DNA of 64,000 nucleotides from Gemmatimonadaceae bacterium (GCA_040901985.1 JBBDYC010000011.1:1-64000); one strand, 5' to 3'; counted from the first letter of the stretch, positions 7,120-17,577 are shown. Notes: generated from the letters alone by a model not told the origin. A program made the numbers and translations.

Positions 7120-8658
7120 GTGAACAATCGCTCATCCCTCCGGCGGCTCACCGCGGCCGCCGCAATCCTCCTCGCACCCGCGACCGCCGCGTCCCTGGCG
7201 GCGCAGGACCGCAGTCCCGTCGTGCAGCAGGCCATCGAGCACCGCGATGCCGGCCAGTTCGACGCCGCGGTCCGCTTGCTCGGGCCCTACGTCGCGCGCA
7301 CACCCGACGATGTGGAGGCCGCGCGCGTCCTCGCGCAGTCGCTCTACTGGCTCAAGCGCCCCGACGATGCGCGCGCTGTCTATGAGGCGACGCTCCGGCG
7401 TCATCCGGATGCCGCGGCGCTCGTCCTCGACTTCGGCCGTATGCTCGCTGAGACCGGTGACCGCAAGCGCGCCCGTGCGCTGGCGATGCCACTCGCCGAG
7501 GACCCCACGTGGGGGGCGCGTGCGCGTGCCCTCCTCGGGACCGTTGCCTACTGGGACGGCGATTTCACGAAGGCACGGCGCCTGCTCCGCAGCGTCGTGC
7601 AGGCGGACCCGTCGCAGGAGGAGGCGCGCCGGCAACTTGGCGAGATTGCCGCCGTCACGGCGCCCTGGATCCTGACCGGGGGCGAGTTGCGCGCCGACGA
7701 CCAGCCCCTCGTGCGCCGCGACGTGCGGGTCGCCGCGGGCGTTCACGCGACCCCGCTCCTCTCCCTCACCGCACGCGCCGGGATGCGCCGCGTGACGTCG
7801 GCCGACTCCCTCTCGCTCGACCTGCGAAGCGTCGAGGCGGGCGTGGCGCATTTCGCGCCGGCGCTGCGGCTCGAGACCGACGTGGTGGCCGGCCTTCGGC
7901 AGCGCGATGGCGATGCCGCCTCGTGGACGGGCCGCGGGCGCGCCGGCCTGCGTTTGCCGCGTCACCTCAAGGTCCACGCGATGATGGAACGCGACGAGTA
8001 TCTCCACACGGTCGCGAGCCTGCGGACGTCGGTGATGACCAACACGACGACGGCGCTCGTCACCCTCGACGCGCCGCACGGATGGCTCGGCGAGGCGGCA
8101 GTCCAGCATACCGCGTTCCCCGATGACAACGCCGTGCGCACCGTCTACGCCTGGGTGCTCGTGCCGCTCACGAGGACGGGCAACGCGCGGTTCCAAATGG
8201 GCTACGGGCTCTCCCTGCAGCATGCGGACGAGAGCCGGTTCGTCCTTGCGGATTCCACGCAGCCCTACCCTCCCGGCGATCCGCGCTTCGATGCGAGCGG
8301 AGTGTATGCACCGTACTACACGCCAGCCCACCTCGCCGCGCACTCGGTGCTCGCCAACTGGGAGACGCGCACCGGGGTCGTGACCCTGCGCGCGGGGGGT
8401 TCGTACGCCGTATGGGCGACCGACGACGAGCCGGTGTTCACGACACAGCCGGGCGATCCGGTGGCGCAGTTCGGCTTCACGCCCCGCGCGCTGAAGGCGT
8501 GGACCGTGCGCGGCGGAATGGACATCGCCGCGTCGCCCGACGTCACCATCGTACTGGGCGGTGAGGCGACGCAGGCCGCGTTCTATAGGGTGCTCACGGC
8601 CCGCGCCGGCCTCTCCTGGCGGTTCGCCAGTGCCGCCGCCCGCCGCGCGACACAATGA
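7120..8658 (+). CDS. Secreted TPR protein with C-terminal outer-membrane beta-barrel (BcsC/PgaA-like export porin)
   Basis: Signal peptide; N-terminal TPR-like helices ('LAQSLYW', 'LGTVAYWDGDF'); C-terminal amphipathic strands, 'YAPYYTP' and 'GLSWRF'. ATGA overlap with the GT2. Confidence 0.7.
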   Translation: MNNRSSLRRLTAAAAILLAPATAASLAAQDRSPVVQQAIEHRDAGQFDAAVRLLGPYVARTPDDVEAARVLAQSLYWLKRPDDARAVYEATLRRHPDAAALVLDFGRMLAETGDRKRARALAMPLAEDPTWGARARALLGTVAYWDGDFTKARRLLRSVVQADPSQEEARRQLGEIAAVTAPWILTGGELRADDQPLVRRDVRVAAGVHATPLLSLTARAGMRRVTSADSLSLDLRSVEAGVAHFAPALRLETDVVAGLRQRDGDAASWTGRGRAGLRLPRHLKVHAMMERDEYLHTVASLRTSVMTNTTTALVTLDAPHGWLGEAAVQHTAFPDDNAVRTVYAWVLVPLTRTGNARFQMGYGLSLQHADESRFVLADSTQPYPPGDPRFDASGVYAPYYTPAHLAAHSVLANWETRTGVVTLRAGGSYAVWATDDEPVFTTQPGDPVAQFGFTPRALKAWTVRGGMDIAASPDVTIVLGGEATQAAFYRVLTARAGLSWRFASAAARRATQ

Positions 8659-10250
8659 GCACGGCCGCGCGCGATCCCTGGCACCACCGCATTGCGCGAC
8701 CGTTACGGCTGAGGCACCGCCTGTTGCTCGGCGCGCTCACCGGCTTCGGCCTCATCGCCGTGGCGCGGCTCGTGGACTTCTGGTTCCGCGCCGAGCACGT
8801 CGCGAGCCCGGTGCTGTTCGCGGTGCTCTCCATCGCGTTCTGGTACGGCGTGAGCCGGATCGTGCTGAGCTGGGTGGCGTACACGCGCGTGCGGCGTCCG
8901 GAGCACGTGGCGGCGCCCGACGGACTGCGCGTGGCGATCTTCACCACGAGCTCTCCCGGGGAGCCGCTGGCGATGTTCGAGAAGACGCTCGCGGCGTGCG
9001 CGCGCATTGACTATCCGCATACGACGTACCTGCTCGACGACACGCGCGACCCGCGGTTCCGGGAGTGCGCCGAGCGGCACGGCGCGGTGTGGCTCGAACT
9101 CGTGGGACTGCCCGGCGCCAAGGCCGGCAAGATCAACGGCGCGCTCGCGCGCGTGACCGAGGACTTCGTGCTGGTGCTCGACCCCGACCATATCCCCTTC
9201 CCCGAGTTCCTCGGCCGGGTGCTCGGGCAGTTCGACGATCCGCGCGTGGGCTTCGTGCAGGTGGCGCAGGCGTACTACAACCAGCCGCGTTCGTTCGTCG
9301 CCCGCGGCGCGGCCGAGCAGACGTACGCGTTCTACGGCCCGGTGCAGATGGGCCTGCACGGCATCGGCTCGGCGGTCGCCATCGGCGCCAACTGCACGTT
9401 CCGGCGCACGGCCCTCGAGTCCATCGGCGGGCACGGCGTCGGGCTTGCCGAGGATCTCGTGACCTCCATCCGCCTGCACGCGGCGGGATGGCGATCCGTC
9501 TACGTGCCCGAGGTCGTCAGTCGCGGACTCGTCCCCGAGGACCTCGGCTCCTTCTACAAGCAGCAACTCAAGTGGGCGCGCGGGGTGTATGAGGTGGCGT
9601 TCAGCGAGTTGCCGCGGCTCTTCCGCCGGCTCACCGGCTGGCAACGACTCACGTATCTCACCATCGGCACCTATTATCTCTTCGGCGTGACGGCAGCGCT
9701 CTTTCTCGTCTTTCCCTACCTGTACCTGTGGACGGGGATCCTTCCGGCCGCGATGCTCTTCCAGCGGTTCCTGGTGGATGCGGTGCCCGTCGCGGCAAGC
9801 GGCGTCGTGATGTATATGGTCGCACAGCAATGGCTCGCGCATCCGGCCATCGAGCGTGGCACACACTGGCGCGGGCTCGTGCTCAAGTTCGCCTCCTGGC
9901 CGGTGTTCCTCGCCGGCACGTTGCTCGCCGTGGGGCGCGCCGAGATCCCGTACATTCCCACGGCCAAGGAAGCGCAGCGCGGCAGGTTCCTGCGCCTCGC
10001 CTGGCCCCAACTGCTGTTGTTCGCCGTCTATGCCGGCACGGTAGCGCGGGTGATCGTCGTACGACTCTACGAAACGGGCGAGGGTGCGTTGCAGCTCAGC
10101 AGCCAAGCGGTGTGGGGCATGGTGGGGTTCGCGACATTGCCGGTGATTCTCGCGGCTGGCGCGGTCTACGCCGCGTGGCAGTCGCGCCATCCCGCGCCCG
10201 GAAACCCGTGGGACGCGATTGACGTCACCGGCATCGGAGGCGAGGCGTGA
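8655..10250 (+). CDS. Processive GT2 glycosyltransferase, cellulose-synthase-like
   Basis: Motifs LLDD, GAKAGKIN, LDPDH (DxD), LAED (TED-like), QQLKW (QxxRW-like), YIPTAK (FxVTxK-like); 2 N-terminal and several C-terminal TM helices; no PilZ domain. Confidence 0.88.
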   Translation: MSTAARDPWHHRIARPLRLRHRLLLGALTGFGLIAVARLVDFWFRAEHVASPVLFAVLSIAFWYGVSRIVLSWVAYTRVRRPEHVAAPDGLRVAIFTTSSPGEPLAMFEKTLAACARIDYPHTTYLLDDTRDPRFRECAERHGAVWLELVGLPGAKAGKINGALARVTEDFVLVLDPDHIPFPEFLGRVLGQFDDPRVGFVQVAQAYYNQPRSFVARGAAEQTYAFYGPVQMGLHGIGSAVAIGANCTFRRTALESIGGHGVGLAEDLVTSIRLHAAGWRSVYVPEVVSRGLVPEDLGSFYKQQLKWARGVYEVAFSELPRLFRRLTGWQRLTYLTIGTYYLFGVTAALFLVFPYLYLWTGILPAAMLFQRFLVDAVPVAASGVVMYMVAQQWLAHPAIERGTHWRGLVLKFASWPVFLAGTLLAVGRAEIPYIPTAKEAQRGRFLRLAWPQLLLFAVYAGTVARVIVVRLYETGEGALQLSSQAVWGMVGFATLPVILAAGAVYAAWQSRHPAPGNPWDAIDVTGIGGEA

Positions 10251-11413
10251 AGCGCCGACATCGCGTGCTCGTCGCCGTCGCCGTCGTCGTCGGGTCCATC
10301 GCGGCGGTGCTGTTGCTGACGAGCCTCGGCACGAGCACGCGTGGCCCGCTCAGCGGACTCATCGAGCGCATCGGAGCCGGCGTCGGGGCCATCGAATACG
10401 CGGCACGACGGACGCTCTCGCGCACGGGCGGCCGCGCGGCGCAGCTCGCCGCGTTCGCCCCGTACCGGACCGACGCCGACCGCCTGCGACGCCCGGACCG
10501 CGTCCTGCTCGGCGCGTACGAGAGCGGACTGCCCGCCACGCTCGAGGGCGTCGGTGAACTCGAGGGCGCGCTCGGCGTCCCGCTGCCGCTCATCCATTTC
10601 TATGCCGCGTGGGGTGACAAACCCGAGCAGCAGTTCCCGTTGCGCATCGTGCGGGCAATCTGGGATTACGGCTCGGTGCCGATGGTCACCTGGGAGCCGT
10701 GGCTCTCCGACTTCGAGAACACGCTGCACCCCGACCTCCCGCTGCGCGCCGTGCGCGAGCGCCAGGGCATGCGCGCCGTCGCCGACGGGACGTACGACTT
10801 CTATATCAACCGATGGGCCGCCGCGGCCGCCGCGTTCGGCAAGCCCCTGCTGGTCCGATTCGGCCACGAGATGAACGATGGCTATCGCTACCCGTGGGGC
10901 CCGCAGAACAATGCGCGCGAGGACTATGTCGCCGCGTGGCAACACGTCGTGGATCGGTTCCGCGCCGTCGGCGCCACGAACGTCCTCTGGGTCTGGTCGC
11001 CGCACGTGGCGTACGAGGGCTGGCAGTCGTACTACCCAGGCGATGCGTACGTTGACTGGACCGCCACCGGCGCGCTCAACTACGGCCCGATCGCCCAGTG
11101 GTCCGAGTGGTGGACGTTCGCCGAAATCTTCGGCTCGCGCTACGCCGCGCTCGAGGCGTTCGGCAAGCCGGTGATGGTCGCCGAGTTCGGATCCCTCGCG
11201 GTCGGCGGGGACCGAGCGCAGTGGTATCGCGACGCCTTGGCCACGTTGCCGGTTGATTACCCGGCGGTGCGGGCGTTGCTGTTCTTCGAGGTGGGGCGCG
11301 ACCGCACGGTCACGTACCAGGAACTCGACTGGACGGTCCGCACCGATTCCGCCATCGCGCAGGTCATCGGAGCCGCCGTCGGGCCGTGGGCCCCGGGGGT
11401 CAGGCGACCGTAG
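10247..11413 (+). CDS. Glycoside hydrolase family 26, N-terminally membrane anchored
   Basis: 'PMVTWEPW', 'VRFGHEMN..YPW' (acid/base Glu), 'WVWSP', 'YYPGDAYVDW', 'GKPVMVAEFG' (nucleophile Glu). Confidence 0.88.
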   Translation: MKRRHRVLVAVAVVVGSIAAVLLLTSLGTSTRGPLSGLIERIGAGVGAIEYAARRTLSRTGGRAAQLAAFAPYRTDADRLRRPDRVLLGAYESGLPATLEGVGELEGALGVPLPLIHFYAAWGDKPEQQFPLRIVRAIWDYGSVPMVTWEPWLSDFENTLHPDLPLRAVRERQGMRAVADGTYDFYINRWAAAAAAFGKPLLVRFGHEMNDGYRYPWGPQNNAREDYVAAWQHVVDRFRAVGATNVLWVWSPHVAYEGWQSYYPGDAYVDWTATGALNYGPIAQWSEWWTFAEIFGSRYAALEAFGKPVMVAEFGSLAVGGDRAQWYRDALATLPVDYPAVRALLFFEVGRDRTVTYQELDWTVRTDSAIAQVIGAAVGPWAPGVRRP

Positions 11414-11464
11414 CCGCGCGAAACGTGGTTGGCATCGGCGCCGCACCGGTGTGACGTTACGGGA

Positions 11465-12922
11465 ATGACAGACGACACGCGAAACGTCCGCGCGCGGCTC
11501 GGCCTCTTGTGCGGACCCGTCCTCTGCGTCGCCACGCTGCTCGTGGCCGGCCCCGAGAGCCTGTCCGCGGAGGCCTGGCGGGCGACCGGCGTCGGGCTGC
11601 TGATGGCGACGTGGTGGATCACCGAAGCCGTCCCCATTCCCGTGACGGCGCTCCTGCCGCTGCTGCTTTTCCCGGTGCTCGGGGTGATGCCGGTGGCCGA
11701 AGCCGCGGCGCCCTATGCGAACCCGGTGATCTTCCTGTTCCTTGGCGGCTTCATCATTGCCGCGGCACTGGCGCAGTGCGGGCTGCACCGGAGGATGGCG
11801 CTCGCGACGATCGGCCTGGTGGGCACGCGACCGGCGAACCTCGTCGCCGGGTTCATGGTGGCGACGGCATTCATCAGTATGTGGGTCAGCAACACGGCGA
11901 CGATCGCGATGATGTTCCCGATGGCGATGTCGGTGATCGCGCTGGCCGAGCGGGACGCACGCGTCGGGGACGCGGGATTCGCCATCGCGCTCCTGCTCGG
12001 CCTCGCGTACGCCGCGAACATCGGCGGCCTCGGCACGCTGATCGGCACGCCGCCGAACGCGCTGCTCGCGGGATTCGTGGCGGAGACGTACGGGCGCGAG
12101 ATTGGATTCGCGCAGTGGATGCTCCTTGGCGTGCCGATCGTCGTGGTGGCCCTGCCGATCGTCTGGCTCATTCTCGTGAAGTGGCTCTATCCGCTGCCAC
12201 GGGACGAGATCACCGGAGGGCGCGAGGCGTTCCGGGCCGAGTCGGCGGCGCTTGGCCCACCGTCCCGCGCCGAGTGGACGGTCGGCGCGATTACGCTGGT
12301 CACCGCCGCGAGCTGGGTCGCGCGACCCCTCATTGAACGGGTGGTGCCCGGTCTGAGCGACGCCAGCATCGCGATCGGCGGCGCCATCCTGATGTTCCTG
12401 GTTCCCGTCGAGCGCGGGCGCCTCACGCCGGCGCTGCGCTGGGAGGACGCGGAGCGCCTTCCGTGGTCGGTGCTCATCCTGTTCGGAGGCGGGCTCTCGC
12501 TGGCGCACGCCTTGAGCACCACGGGCATGGCCGCGTGGCTCGGGAACTCGATGACCGCCCTCGTGGCGCTGCCGGTGGTGGTGATCATCGTCGCGATCAC
12601 GGCGGTCGTGCTGTTCCTGACGGAACTCACGAGCAACACGGCGACGGCCGCCGTCTTCCTTCCGATCGCGGGATCCCTCGCCATCGCGACGGGACACGAC
12701 CCCTTCCTCTTCGTCATCCCCGCCGCCCTCGCGGCGAGCTGCGCGTTCATGATGCCGGTGGCGACGCCGCCCAACGCGATCGTGTTCGCCAGCGGGCGAC
12801 TGACGATCCCCCAGATGGCGACGGCCGGGGTCTGGATCAACCTGGCGATGCTCGCGTTGATCAACGTGTTCGTGTTCCTGTTGGCGACGCGCGTATTCGG
12901 AGCGGCACGTGTCGCCGCGTAG
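11465..12922 (+). CDS. DASS/SLC13 family sodium-coupled di/tricarboxylate or sulfate symporter
   Basis: 'WWITEAVPIPVTALLP', 'SMWVSNTAT', 'GTLIGTPPN', 'TELTSNTAT', 'FMMPVATPPNAIVF'. Confidence 0.93.
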   Translation: MTDDTRNVRARLGLLCGPVLCVATLLVAGPESLSAEAWRATGVGLLMATWWITEAVPIPVTALLPLLLFPVLGVMPVAEAAAPYANPVIFLFLGGFIIAAALAQCGLHRRMALATIGLVGTRPANLVAGFMVATAFISMWVSNTATIAMMFPMAMSVIALAERDARVGDAGFAIALLLGLAYAANIGGLGTLIGTPPNALLAGFVAETYGREIGFAQWMLLGVPIVVVALPIVWLILVKWLYPLPRDEITGGREAFRAESAALGPPSRAEWTVGAITLVTAASWVARPLIERVVPGLSDASIAIGGAILMFLVPVERGRLTPALRWEDAERLPWSVLILFGGGLSLAHALSTTGMAAWLGNSMTALVALPVVVIIVAITAVVLFLTELTSNTATAAVFLPIAGSLAIATGHDPFLFVIPAALAASCAFMMPVATPPNAIVFASGRLTIPQMATAGVWINLAMLALINVFVFLLATRVFGAARVAA

Positions 12923-12952
12923 CGACCGGTTCCCGTTCGCGCGTCCTACGCT

Positions 12953-15640
12953 ATGACGTCGCCCCCGGAGCGTGCGTGGCACACGGTGGCGGTCGGCGAC
13001 GTCGAGCAGGCGCTTGGAACGGCCGCCGAGGGACTGGATGGGGCGGAGGCGGCGCGCCGGCTGGCGCAGTACGGACCCAACGAGATCGAGGCGGAGCGCC
13101 AGGACCCCTGGTGGGCCATCCTGCTGCACCAGTTCCGCGATCCGCTCATCTACATCCTGATCGCCGCGGGGAGCATTACGCTCGCGCTCCGGGACTACAC
13201 GGACACCGGAGTCATCCTCGCGGTCGTGATCCTCAACGCGGTCATCGGCTTCGTGCAGGAGTATCGCGCCCGCAAGGCGATGCAGGCGCTGGCGCGGCTC
13301 AGCGCCCCCCACGCCGTGGTGATCCGCGCCGGGACGACGCAGGACGTCGCCAGCCGCGACCTGGTGCCCGGCGATGTCATTGTGCTCGCGTCCGGCTCCC
13401 GCGTGCCGGCCGACGTCCGCGTGACCCGCGTGAACGACCTCGAGGTGGACGAATCGCTCCTCACCGGCGAGTCGCGCTCGGTGCGGAAGCACGCGGAGCC
13501 GCTGGACCGACCGGCGCTGGTCGCCGGAGACCAGGTCAACATGGCCTTCGCCGGCACGACGGTTGCAAGAGGCCGTGGCCGCGGGCTCGTCGTCCGCACC
13601 GGCATGGCGACCGAGATGGGGCGCATCGCCGTCGCGATGCGCGACGTGGGCCACACGACGACCCCGCTGCAAGCGAAGATTGACCGGTTCGGCCGACACG
13701 TGGGGCTGGTCGTCATCGCGCTCAGCCTCCTCGTGCTGGTCATCGGCGTCCTGCGCAACATCTCGCTCGGCGAGATCCTGCTGACGGCCGTGGCGCTTGC
13801 CGTCTCCGCCATTCCCGAGGGCTTGCCGGTGGTCCTGACCGTCACGCTCGCCATCGGTGTCCGCCGCATGGCGCGTCGGCAGGCCATCATCCGATCGCTG
13901 CCGGCGGTCGAGACGCTGGGCAGCACGACCGTGATCGGCTCGGACAAGACCGGGACGCTGACCGCGAACGCGATGACCGTGGTCGCGATCTGGGCTGCCG
14001 GCCGGGACTACTCCGTGAGCGGCACGGGGTACGACCGGTCGGGCCAGGTGGAGTCTGACGGCGTCGTCGTCGGCGCGCACGACGACCCGGTGCTGCACCG
14101 CGTGTTGTTGAGCGCCGTACTCGCGAACGAGGCCGAGCCCGACCAGGAGCGGCAGGAGCCGCGCATCGGCGACCCCACGGAGCTCGCGCTCCACGTCGCG
14201 GCGGCAAAGGCCGGCCTGGATCCAGGCGAGGCGCGCGCACGCCACCGCGAATACGACATCCTCCCCTTCGAATCCGAGCGGCGCTATATGGCGACGTTGA
14301 ATGCAGGCGACGGCGCGGAGCACACACTTCACCTGAAGGGGGCGCCGGAACGGATCCTTGCCTGCTGCGACCGGATGCTCACCCGGGACGGCGAGCGGCC
14401 GCTGGACCGGCGTGCCGTGCAGGATGCGGCGGGGGCGCTCGCGGCCCGCGGGCTGCGCGTACTGGCGACGGCCGTCCGGCCGGTGGGCCGGACCGCCAGC
14501 ATCGAGGGCGAGACGGCCTGCAATGGAAGCGTGTTCACGGGGCTGCTCGGGATGGAGGATCCGGTGCGGCCGGAGGCGGTGGCGGCCGTCGCCGACGCGC
14601 ACGCGGCCGGCATCCGCGTCCTGATGCTCACCGGCGACCACATTGACACCGCGCGTACCATCGGCGGACAGCTCGGCCTTCGCGGGGCCGACGCCATCTC
14701 CGGCCAGGAGATCAGCGCACTGTCGGACGAGGAGCTCGACTCGCGCATCGCAACGGTGGACGTGTATGCGCGGGTGGCGCCCGAGCACAAGCTCCGGATC
14801 GTCCAGCGTCTCAAGGCACGCGAGGAGATCGTCGCGGTCACCGGCGACGGCGTGAACGACGCCCCCGCCCTGCGGGCCGCGCATATCGGGGTGGCGATGG
14901 GCGCAAGCGGCACCGACGTCGCACGCGAGGCCGCGGACATGGTCCTCGCCGACGACAATTTCGCCACCATCACGGCGGCGATCGAGGAAGGGCGCGTCGT
15001 CTTCTCGAACATCCGGAAGGTCACGTTCTTCCTGCTATCCACCGCGGTGGGCGAGGTGCTCGCGATCCTCGTCGCGCTCGCGGCGGGGTGGCCGCTCCCG
15101 TTCATCGCGGCGCAGATCCTCTGGATCAACCTGGTGACGAACGGCCTCCAGGACGTCGCGCTGGCCTTCGAGCCGGGCGAGCCGGGGTTGCTCCGCCAGC
15201 GACCGCGCAAGGCGGATGACGGCGTGCTTTCCCGGCGGCTGCTCGAGCGCCTGGGCGCGGTCGGTGTCCTGCTCGCCGCGGGCACCTTGGGGATGTTCCT
15301 GTGGACGCTGCGTGCCACCGGCGACCTCGACCTCGCGCGGACGGCCGCGATGACCCAGATGGTGGTGTTCCAATTCTTTCACGTCTTCAATTGCCGGTCG
15401 CTCGACCGATCGATCTTCTCGATTCCGATGTTCTCGAACAAGTTCCTGTTCCTGAGCATTGTCGCCGCGGCGCTGGCGCACCTCGCCGTGCTCCACCTTC
15501 CTTTCCTGCAAGCCGTGTTCAAGACGACGGCGCTGCCGCCGCACCTGTGGGCGGTTATCCTGGCGGTCGGTACCGTAGTGGTCCTCGGCGGCGAACTGGA
15601 CAAGTGGGTCAACCGCCACTTCCGCCGTCCCATCGGTTGA
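12953..15640 (+). CDS. Cation-transporting P-type ATPase (P2A, Ca2+-like)
   Basis: TGES, PEGL, DKTGTLT, KGAPE, TGD, GDGVNDAP motifs. Confidence 0.95.
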   Translation: MTSPPERAWHTVAVGDVEQALGTAAEGLDGAEAARRLAQYGPNEIEAERQDPWWAILLHQFRDPLIYILIAAGSITLALRDYTDTGVILAVVILNAVIGFVQEYRARKAMQALARLSAPHAVVIRAGTTQDVASRDLVPGDVIVLASGSRVPADVRVTRVNDLEVDESLLTGESRSVRKHAEPLDRPALVAGDQVNMAFAGTTVARGRGRGLVVRTGMATEMGRIAVAMRDVGHTTTPLQAKIDRFGRHVGLVVIALSLLVLVIGVLRNISLGEILLTAVALAVSAIPEGLPVVLTVTLAIGVRRMARRQAIIRSLPAVETLGSTTVIGSDKTGTLTANAMTVVAIWAAGRDYSVSGTGYDRSGQVESDGVVVGAHDDPVLHRVLLSAVLANEAEPDQERQEPRIGDPTELALHVAAAKAGLDPGEARARHREYDILPFESERRYMATLNAGDGAEHTLHLKGAPERILACCDRMLTRDGERPLDRRAVQDAAGALAARGLRVLATAVRPVGRTASIEGETACNGSVFTGLLGMEDPVRPEAVAAVADAHAAGIRVLMLTGDHIDTARTIGGQLGLRGADAISGQEISALSDEELDSRIATVDVYARVAPEHKLRIVQRLKAREEIVAVTGDGVNDAPALRAAHIGVAMGASGTDVAREAADMVLADDNFATITAAIEEGRVVFSNIRKVTFFLLSTAVGEVLAILVALAAGWPLPFIAAQILWINLVTNGLQDVALAFEPGEPGLLRQRPRKADDGVLSRRLLERLGAVGVLLAAGTLGMFLWTLRATGDLDLARTAAMTQMVVFQFFHVFNCRSLDRSIFSIPMFSNKFLFLSIVAAALAHLAVLHLPFLQAVFKTTALPPHLWAVILAVGTVVVLGGELDKWVNRHFRRPIG

Positions 15641-15740
15641 GCGGGCGCGCCGTCGTGGTAGATTGCGGGGTTCGCGACCGGCAGGGCCTGCGGGGCTCTC
15701 CCGGCGACAGGAACCCGAAGTTCCGCACAGGAGAGTCGTG

Positions 15741-16616
15741 ATGTCCAAGCATCCGGTCGTCCTGCCACCGGTGGTCGTGGCGATGGACTTCAGCGCCGCG
15801 TCAATCGCAGCGGTCCACTGGGTCGCCACGCACTTCGCCCCGTCGAGTCCGATCGTGGCGGTGCACGCGGTGGACATCCCCGAGCCGCCGGGCTTCCTTG
15901 CCCCGCTGCTGGCGCCGACCGGCCCGGCGCGCGAGTTGGCGGCTGACGGCGCGCGCACGCGCCTCGCGTCGCTTGCGCGCGAGCTTCCGGCCGTCTCGGG
16001 CGAGGTGCGGGTGGGCCGCGCCGCGCCGATCATCGTCGCCGTCGCCGAGGAGCGTCGTGCGTCGGCGATCGTCATCGGTCCACACGGCGAACGCACCGGC
16101 CTCGGACGCTTGATCGGGTCCACGGCGGAGCGCGTGACACGCAATGCCGGAGTGCCGGTGGTGGTGGCGCGTGGCAATCTCGAACGCTCGCCGGTGCGCC
16201 TCCTCGTCGCGGTGGATGATTCGGCGGCAGGTGAAGCCGCGCTCGGATGGGCGGCCGGGGTCGCCCGGGAGTCCGGGCGTGAACTGCTCGTCCTCCACAT
16301 CATAGACCCCGCACTCGCGGGCGCGGTGAGCGTCGCAGCGGCACCGCGCGAGCGCGCGTCGGCGCTTGACGGCCTCCGGCTTGCAGCCGAGGTGTGGCTC
16401 AAGGAGCGACTCGAACACACCGGCATTCCGGTCGAACGCCGCGAGGGGGCGCTCCGCTTCGGCGACCCGCGCGCCGAGATCCTCGCCGCCACGATCTCGC
16501 TGCGCGCCGACCTCCTGGTGGTCGGCCGCGGACGGACCGGGATCGCCGGCGCGATCGGCAGCGTCGCGGACGCGCTGGTGCGCGCGGCCGAGGTGACGAC
16601 CGTCGTCGTGCCCTGA
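15741..16616 (+). CDS. Tandem-domain universal stress protein
   Basis: Two Usp domains: 'VVAMDFS...IGSTAERV' and 'LVAVDDS...IGSVADAL'; AGGAG RBS. Confidence 0.88.
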   Translation: MSKHPVVLPPVVVAMDFSAASIAAVHWVATHFAPSSPIVAVHAVDIPEPPGFLAPLLAPTGPARELAADGARTRLASLARELPAVSGEVRVGRAAPIIVAVAEERRASAIVIGPHGERTGLGRLIGSTAERVTRNAGVPVVVARGNLERSPVRLLVAVDDSAAGEAALGWAAGVARESGRELLVLHIIDPALAGAVSVAAAPRERASALDGLRLAAEVWLKERLEHTGIPVERREGALRFGDPRAEILAATISLRADLLVVGRGRTGIAGAIGSVADALVRAAEVTTVVVP

Positions 16617-16646
16617 GCGGTCCTTCCACCGCCGGCGCGGCCTCCG

Positions 16647-17132
16647 CTACCTACAGCGCTCCACCAGGTGCCGCGCCAGTTCGAGCGCCTGCTCGGCTTC
16701 CGCCGCGTGGAGCCCGTAGACGTTTCGCAGGCCGACGGAATCCGTGCGCAACTGCTCCCACGACTGCCGTCCAACCTCGACGTCGCCGTTCGGTCGGAAG
16801 TGCACCGTCGCCGTATAGCGTTCTATATGGATGCCACCGGCGCGATCCAGGTATACCGACAGGTAGCGCGCTCCGCCGCGGGCATTCACGCCGAGTTGCC
16901 CGACGCGTCCGGTGAGGGGAAGCTGGAACTGGAACATCCGCTCGATGCCCTGCCGGCGATGCTGTGGGTCCACGGGGTAGGCCGCGCAGTAGAGCGGCTG
17001 ATCGGCCACGACCTGGAACAGCGGGTTCGGCACTACGTAGGTGACGCGCGCGTTGCCGGCCTGCGCGCCGAGGGGCGGCGCGGCGAGCACGAGCACAATT
17101 AGGGCCAGGCAGCGGCGGACACGGGTACCCAT
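16647..17132 (-). CDS. Hypothetical secreted protein
   Basis: Signal peptide ending 'PLGAQ'; fills the gap between convergent/divergent neighbours. Confidence 0.6.
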   Translation of the reverse strand: MGTRVRRCLALIVLVLAAPPLGAQAGNARVTYVVPNPLFQVVADQPLYCAAYPVDPQHRRQGIERMFQFQLPLTGRVGQLGVNARGGARYLSVYLDRAGGIHIERYTATVHFRPNGDVEVGRQSWEQLRTDSVGLRNVYGLHAAEAEQALELARHLVERCR

Positions 17133-17260
17133 ACCCGAACGTTACACCAGTCCGGCGCTTCCGGCCCTCGGTCACCGACGCGGTGGCGAGGGCGCGAGTC
17201 TCGCCCCATATTGAACCGGACGCCCCGATTCCCCGATCGCTCTTGCCGCGGAGGAATGAC

Positions 17261-17554
17261 ATGCTGCTGACGAGCACCGACCTCGAGTCCATCCACCGGT
17301 ACTGCAGTCACCATCGGCCGCTGCTCGAACAATCGTCCCAGGCGGGGTGCTTCTGCTGCGGCGCGACCTTCGCGCCGACCGAGATCAAGGAATGGATCCA
17401 CGAGGGCGGCGCGGCGGGCGGCGAGAACGCGGGGGAGACGGCGAAGTGCCCGCACTGCGGCGTGGACTCGGTGCTCCCGTCGGCGGCGCCGATCACGCTC
17501 GACAGCCGCATGCTCGCGGCGCTCCAGGCCTATTGGTTCAGCGGCACGCGCTAG
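17261..17554 (+). CDS. Small conserved Cys-rich (zinc-ribbon-like) protein
   Basis: GGAGG RBS; 'GCFCC' and 'TAKCPHCGVDSVL' motifs. Confidence 0.75.
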   Translation: MLLTSTDLESIHRYCSHHRPLLEQSSQAGCFCCGATFAPTEIKEWIHEGGAAGGENAGETAKCPHCGVDSVLPSAAPITLDSRMLAALQAYWFSGTR

Positions 17555-17577
17555 CGCGCGCCACGGGAGATTGCCGG

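Noticed and set aside
10166..14884. 1572-aa minus-strand ORF
   Set aside because: Antisense shadow of the GH26, DASS and P-type ATPase genes. High-GC codon bias suppresses stops on the opposite strand, and it has no domain motifs.
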